28,613 nucleotides of DNA from Amoeboaphelidium protococcarum X5 (Eukaryota; Fungi; Aphelidiomycota), in the NCBI GenBank assembly GCA_023515725.1, contig JALDTO010000098.1:1-28613 (forward strand). The letters are read 5' to 3'. The notes below the pieces were generated by a model, which saw only the letters and a program-made list of their open reading frames with translations, was not told the DNA's origin and made no database searches. Both the position numbers and the translations under genes were made by a program. Below are positions 24,069 through 28,613 of this stretch, one piece after another (position 1 is the stretch's first letter; every line of letters starts with the position of its first letter).

Positions 24069-25992
24069 TCATTGCTTTTATTCCATTCCCAAGACGCAAG
24101 TGTCGTGTATACCACGTAGAGCCTTGACTCCATCTTTGCCGTCAATAACACAACTGATATTCACCTCGCTTGCACCTTGACTGATGATCTCAATATTAAC
24201 ACCCAATCTGGCGAGAGTCGTGAACATTGCACCGGCAGTACCTCTGGCATTCTTCATCTTGTGACCTATTAAGGATAAGATGCATTGATCAAATACCAAT
24301 GTCGGTGTTCCATGGCGAGATAAGTCAGCCAGTAGATCAGCCAACTTGATAGAAATATTGAAGAACTGATGTTTTCCACCATTAATCGCTGCAGAATTTA
24401 TAACAAGCGGTGTGGATGGATCAACAGCAGATGCTTCACTACGCAATGGCATCGGACTGCTTGATGGAGAGCTCTTGAAGCCATTACTCACATTCGATAG
24501 GGCCATACTCACGTTCACTTCACTGGTACTGATCAGATCCACAACGATACCGTGATTATCCAAAATATTAAACACCTGCGCAAGGAAACCGTGACTATGA
24601 GTCTTCTTATTAGACTTGATGTTTAGCACAGTGATATTAGATTTTAGAGTCGTTGCAGTGGCCAGAGTCTTTTCACTCAGTGGAGATTAACAGCTCTTGG
24701 CCATAATCATTAAATGGTCATGGTTGGCTTTAGGTGGATCGCGACTATCTCCATTTGCATCAGTATTCGACAATTATGAACCTCTTCGACTATCATCAGA
24801 GCTGGCTGCATTGGGAATGATTAAAGTACCAACATCATCGACTCCACAACCGAGAACACGAATAGGAATGGACATTCTGATAACCTAGTCCATGGTGAAT
24901 GGATGAATAACTTCACTTCCATAGTAAGTCAGCTCAGCCACTTCTTCCGGTCTTAACGTCTGCAGAATTCTAGCAGATGGTACAGATATTGGATCTGCGG
25001 TAAAGACTCCCTACACCTCCTTCCTAATCTGTAACTCGCACACGTTCATTGCATCTGATTTATTGCCAAACTGCTTTGTGTATTTCTTATCATGAGGTTA
25101 CTCTACTTAATCCGTGGTACTATTTATATACATCGACTTTAACCCTGCAGAGCACATTGCAGCCGTAAAGTCACTATAACCACGACCAACAGTCTCAATA
25201 ATACCATGAGGAATCAGTCCAACAAATCCTGTAACAATAGGTACAACTAAGCGCTATATCTCTTGTTTATCACGTCCACTACTGTATACAGTCTTCAATA
25301 CCTTTTAAGAAACTCTGAATCTCAAATCATCATAGAAGCTCTAATCAAGATTACTTTACACGTTCTACAACGACAACACATCATCTAGATTGCAAAACAC
25401 AGCCTCTCTGTTCAATTCAGACTTCTAACTAGTCACCTTCAATTACTCTTGCTACTTTTAAAGTAGAAATGTCAAATACTGAGCAAATATAATACAAATC
25501 AGTCGCTCACCGGAAGCGATAACCAGATCCCTGATGCGAAGAGACATTTCTCCAATAGTAGCGGATGCACTCAGATACATATTGACTCGCTAGAATTCTT
25601 GTTCAATCTGCTACAAGAGCTGTGACTCTGAATCCTGTGGCAATTGCAAAGCTCTGACAATCACTATATGATCTTCACGCAGCGAGGAGATGATCGCCTG
25701 AAATTCCTAAACTTCTACAGCCTCACCAGACTGGGCAGACTTTTGAATTATATCACACGCTCGCAATAAGCGGCTCGTAGTTCCCTCCTTCTTGCTGGAC
25801 AGAGATGCTGCAGATAGAACCACCACCGGATGTCGATCCAGACCAATCTGGTACATGACAATGTCTGCAGCATTCTTTAACTTTTTCGCTGTGCCCACTA
25901 CATTACTATCAAGATAAATAAATTTTAGTAAATACGCTTATAGAATACTTACATGAAGTTCCGCCAAATTTTATCACGACCCACTGCCTCAT
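24069..25992 (-). CDS. HOM3: Aspartate kinase with two ACT domains; exons 25992-25953 and 25897-24069 (622 aa)
   Basis: WVVIKFGGTSLG (across the 55-nt intron 25952-25898), EGTTSRLL, VTGFVG, VGRGYSDFTAA, GVFTADP, AELTYYGSEVIHPFTM, SHGFLAQVF, VDLISTSEVNVS, NIEIISQGASEVNISCVI. TGA 24071-24069. Confidence 0.95.
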
Positions 25993-26400
25993 ATTATACC
26001 ACGAAATAGCTGCGTACAGTACGACTTTATATAAGAGCGTCAACGGGATTGTTGTCGGAAATCGAAAAGTTAAATTTTGTAGATCGATGGCGGCGCTGCG
26101 ATGTAGTTGATGCGTCGGCGCGTTAATTCATGAGCTGTAGTAAACTGGATCGAAACTTCAACAATGTGCAACCTTCTTGATTGTAACAAACGTTCATGTT
26201 AAACTATGTAAGATGATCTAACCACTTGATAATATTACTGATTCAAGCATTGATCACCACTAGATCATCCATCCACGACTTCAATATTTCTAACCATTGG
26301 ATTGGAAAGACCTTTCGGTTACATATTTTTCACTTCGGATCTTCCTAACTTGGAAAGATACTTTAATAATTCCATTCGTTTTCAGCTTGGTACTGCCCAT

Positions 26401-28095
26401 TCACAGTTCATTCTAGATGAATCGATATACGTGATTGAAACATTCATCCTTGCTGTACTCCTACTGCATAGTTCTAGGACCGCCAAATTGAGCTTACCAA
26501 AGAAGCATTTATTGGTGGCACTTGCCCAGCCATTTACCAGACTTTACAGGTCCTTGACCAAATTTCTATTTCTCATCATTGACCATTTTCAACAATTCAA
26601 CTCCATCAATCATTGGCTTCATTAAATGACACTCTGACAGATTCAGTAATTTGATAACTTCAACCAGGTTAGAGAAGTCCTTAGACAACAACATCAACTA
26701 TTCGGATGACGGTAACGTGGGATACATAATCGTAGACTCTGCATACTGCGATGCCTCAGCCAATTACTCATCCTTAACTTCCACATCGTTCAAAAGCCGC
26801 ATCGCCATGGCAAACCATAAAAGCTGAGGATACGCGTCATTCACAGGTTTAGCTGCAATTTAGACGATGAGTTTATACAAATCAAGTCGTAATGCTTTAT
26901 ATTCTATTAGAGGCATCTCCTACAGCTCTTCATTGCTAATGCAAAATAACTTAGCACTCTGATCAGTGAAGGTTTGACGAGCCGTAATCAATCGTCTGGC
27001 CACTTAAGATTCAACATTAGAATACTTGAATGCGTTCTAGATTATACTTGCAACAGTTGCGTTCATTAAAGGATACTTGTGCTATAACGGAAGAGATGCA
27101 GCGGCTAGATTCAATAAGAAAATATCTTGTTTACTCCCAAAATCCTTGTCAATTGTACAACGAGACATTTCTACAACTTTCAGAGCTTTAAGAGCTTCAT
27201 ATTGATCGATGCGATCTATATCCACCTACTGGCCGTCAGAGAATATTAAATTGTACAAATCAAAAGACACTATATACTCTAATGCCAGAAGAGGATTAGT
27301 ACCAGAGAGCATCTTCTTCATCTCTTCTCCAACACGCTCTCGGCTTATAATGGTGGCAAAACTTTTCATTATATCTCGCTCTTAGGCAGCCAGCTTTATC
27401 TCTTTGACGATCCTAAAATTGTACCTGGCAGCAAATCTAATGGCGCGTAACACTCGCAGAGGATCATCTTTAAACGTAACGAATGGGGACAAAGGAGTTC
27501 TAATGATACCATTTTCCAAATCATCAATACCAGTTCCGAGAAAGTCCTCAACCTCCTCCGTCGCAATGTTATAGAATAAAGAATTTATAGCTAAATCGCG
27601 ACGTTCTGCATCCTCTAACGGAGTACCAAATTCTATATGAGGCACGCGAGAGTGTGAGGCATAAGTCTCCTTGCGCAAATTTACCAAATCCACGTCCTGA
27701 CCGAACAGCTTCACCACTGTCGTCTCCAGGTGTTTACTCTTATCCGGATTAGCTTTAATCTAATGAATGGACCGCATAACATCTTCTAGTTCTTTCACGG
27801 GAATTTGAGCAGTCTAACTCAGCTCGCGATCATTGATAAGGCTTTTCATATGCATTGCAAACTAGTGCCCAGTCATCTAATCAATGGCCACATCAATATC
27901 TTTGCTGTCCTTGTTTAGCAATTTATCTCGAACCCAGCCACCAGCAATTCGCAATGTCAGCGGCTAATTTAATTGCAATTTCAAAGTTAATAACGCGGCA
28001 GCAGATTTTAACAGCTAGCATATTTTCGTCTCTGTATCATTCAACTTAATTGTTCTATGGATATGCATTTTCTACCTTTTGGATATCTGACTCAT
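26401..28095 (-). CDS. CCA1: CCA tRNA nucleotidyltransferase, class II (564 aa)
   Basis: LRIAGGWVRDKLL...DIDVAID, NPDKSKHLET, DLVNLRKETY..SRVP, EDAERRDLAINSLFYN, DDPLRVLRAIRFAAR, ISRERVGEE. ATG 28095, second in-frame ATG 28068, TGA 26403-26401. Confidence 0.95.
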
Positions 28096-28270
28096 TTATA
28101 CAATCGAATGTGGTCTGATCTCTGTCAAATTATATTGCGTAAATAGTAACGGGCAAATACGTATTGATTTATGACTGAGCAGCTTTCACTCTAAACAAAT
28201 ATCAATTACAGCAGATCTTTTACGCAAAAGATAAGTACTACTGTAAAGATCTCTACTTAGCCTAATAGAC

Positions 28271-28283
28271 AAAAATGCAAAAA
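28271..28283 (-). terminator. Pol III oligo-dT terminator of tRNA-Asp
   Basis: Two T5 runs on the minus strand (28283-28279 and 28275-28271) begin 7 nt downstream of the tRNA 3' end. Confidence 0.75.
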
Positions 28284-28289
28284 GAGAAG

Positions 28290-28361
28290 CTCTCCGTCTG
28301 GGAATCGAACCCAGCTTACCCGCGTGACAGGCGGGGGTACTAACCAATATACTAACGAAGA
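28290..28361 (-). tRNA. tRNA-Asp (anticodon GTC), intronless
   Basis: The reverse complement folds into a cloverleaf: TCTTCGT/ACGGAGA acceptor stem, CCCGC-CTGTCAC-GCGGG anticodon arm, CTGGG-TTCGATT-CCCAG T arm, discriminator G, no encoded CCA. Confidence 0.97.
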
Positions 28362-28388
28362 TTCGGGTACCTTACTACTCTTAAGCCA

Positions 28389-28461
28389 AATGTCGCTACA
28401 AAATTGTCGCTAACACGATCAAACGAATGTCGCTGACAATGTTGTTGACAATGTCGCTACA
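28389..28461. repeat. Cluster of four TGTCGCT motifs (degenerate AATGTCGCTACA unit)
   Basis: TGTCGCT at 28391, 28405, 28428 and 28452. Confidence 0.7.
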
Positions 28462-28613
28462 TAAACTGCGCGTGCGACCAACACTGTTTCAGAAATATCA
28501 GCTTCAGTATCAGATATACAGTTGCCTATATCTGACTCTGATATCAGCATTCAAAATAAAAAGTGCCGTGAGAAGCCTAAAAGAAAGTCGTAGTCAAAAT
28601 ATAGTATGATTTA

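Noticed and set aside
26281-26400. In-frame ATG immediately after the CCA1 TGA (possible readthrough or small ORF), and an ATATTTCTA-ACCAT resemblance to snR30/U17 m1/m2 motifs
   Set aside because: The 39-codon product has no features. The m1/m2-like words are adjacent rather than on opposite sides of an internal loop as U17 requires.
27380-27720. CCA1 as a partial (CC- or A-only) adding enzyme
   Set aside because: The flexible-loop YxxxSRxP, the basic/acidic RxE motif and the DDPLR template motif are all present, consistent with a full CCA enzyme.
26401-28361. Functional linkage between tRNA-Asp and the adjacent CCA-adding enzyme gene
   Set aside because: They are transcribed by different polymerases (Pol III and Pol II), and dispersed tRNA genes in a compact genome make adjacency unsurprising.
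28389-28461. CRISPR-like array
   Set aside because: The repeats are only 7-12 nt with irregular short spacers, the context is eukaryotic, and there are no cas genes.

Overview
Compact, gene-dense eukaryotic genomic DNA of fungal affinity that uses a non-standard nuclear genetic code: TAA and TAG are sense codons for Gln and only TGA terminates (translation table 6). The supplied standard-code ORF track is therefore only fragments. Fungal-type genes combined with this code point to an aphelid such as Amoeboaphelidium protococcarum (inference from established knowledge). Re-translated by hand, the window holds 15 intact CDS and one tRNA: IQ-DH-PH RhoGEF (5'-truncated), POP5, Spt3-like, Kch-family K+ transporter, a 7TM receptor-like protein, an orphan RGG protein, a coiled-coil/HNH/zinc-finger effector-like protein, C1-THF synthase (ADE3), ecdysoneless/SGT1, a small disordered orphan, mRNA cap methyltransferase (ABD1), a 1404-aa FHA protein, Rab geranylgeranyltransferase alpha fused in frame to a Rib2-type riboflavin-pathway deaminase, aspartate kinase (HOM3), the CCA-adding enzyme, and tRNA-Asp(GTC). 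The most notable observations are the RabGGTase-alpha/deaminase fusion, the HNH effector-like gene with an altered active site, six short introns that all end in TGTAG, and a strong excess of the ACGCGT palindrome. Protein identifications rest on motif recognition from memory; no database search was run.
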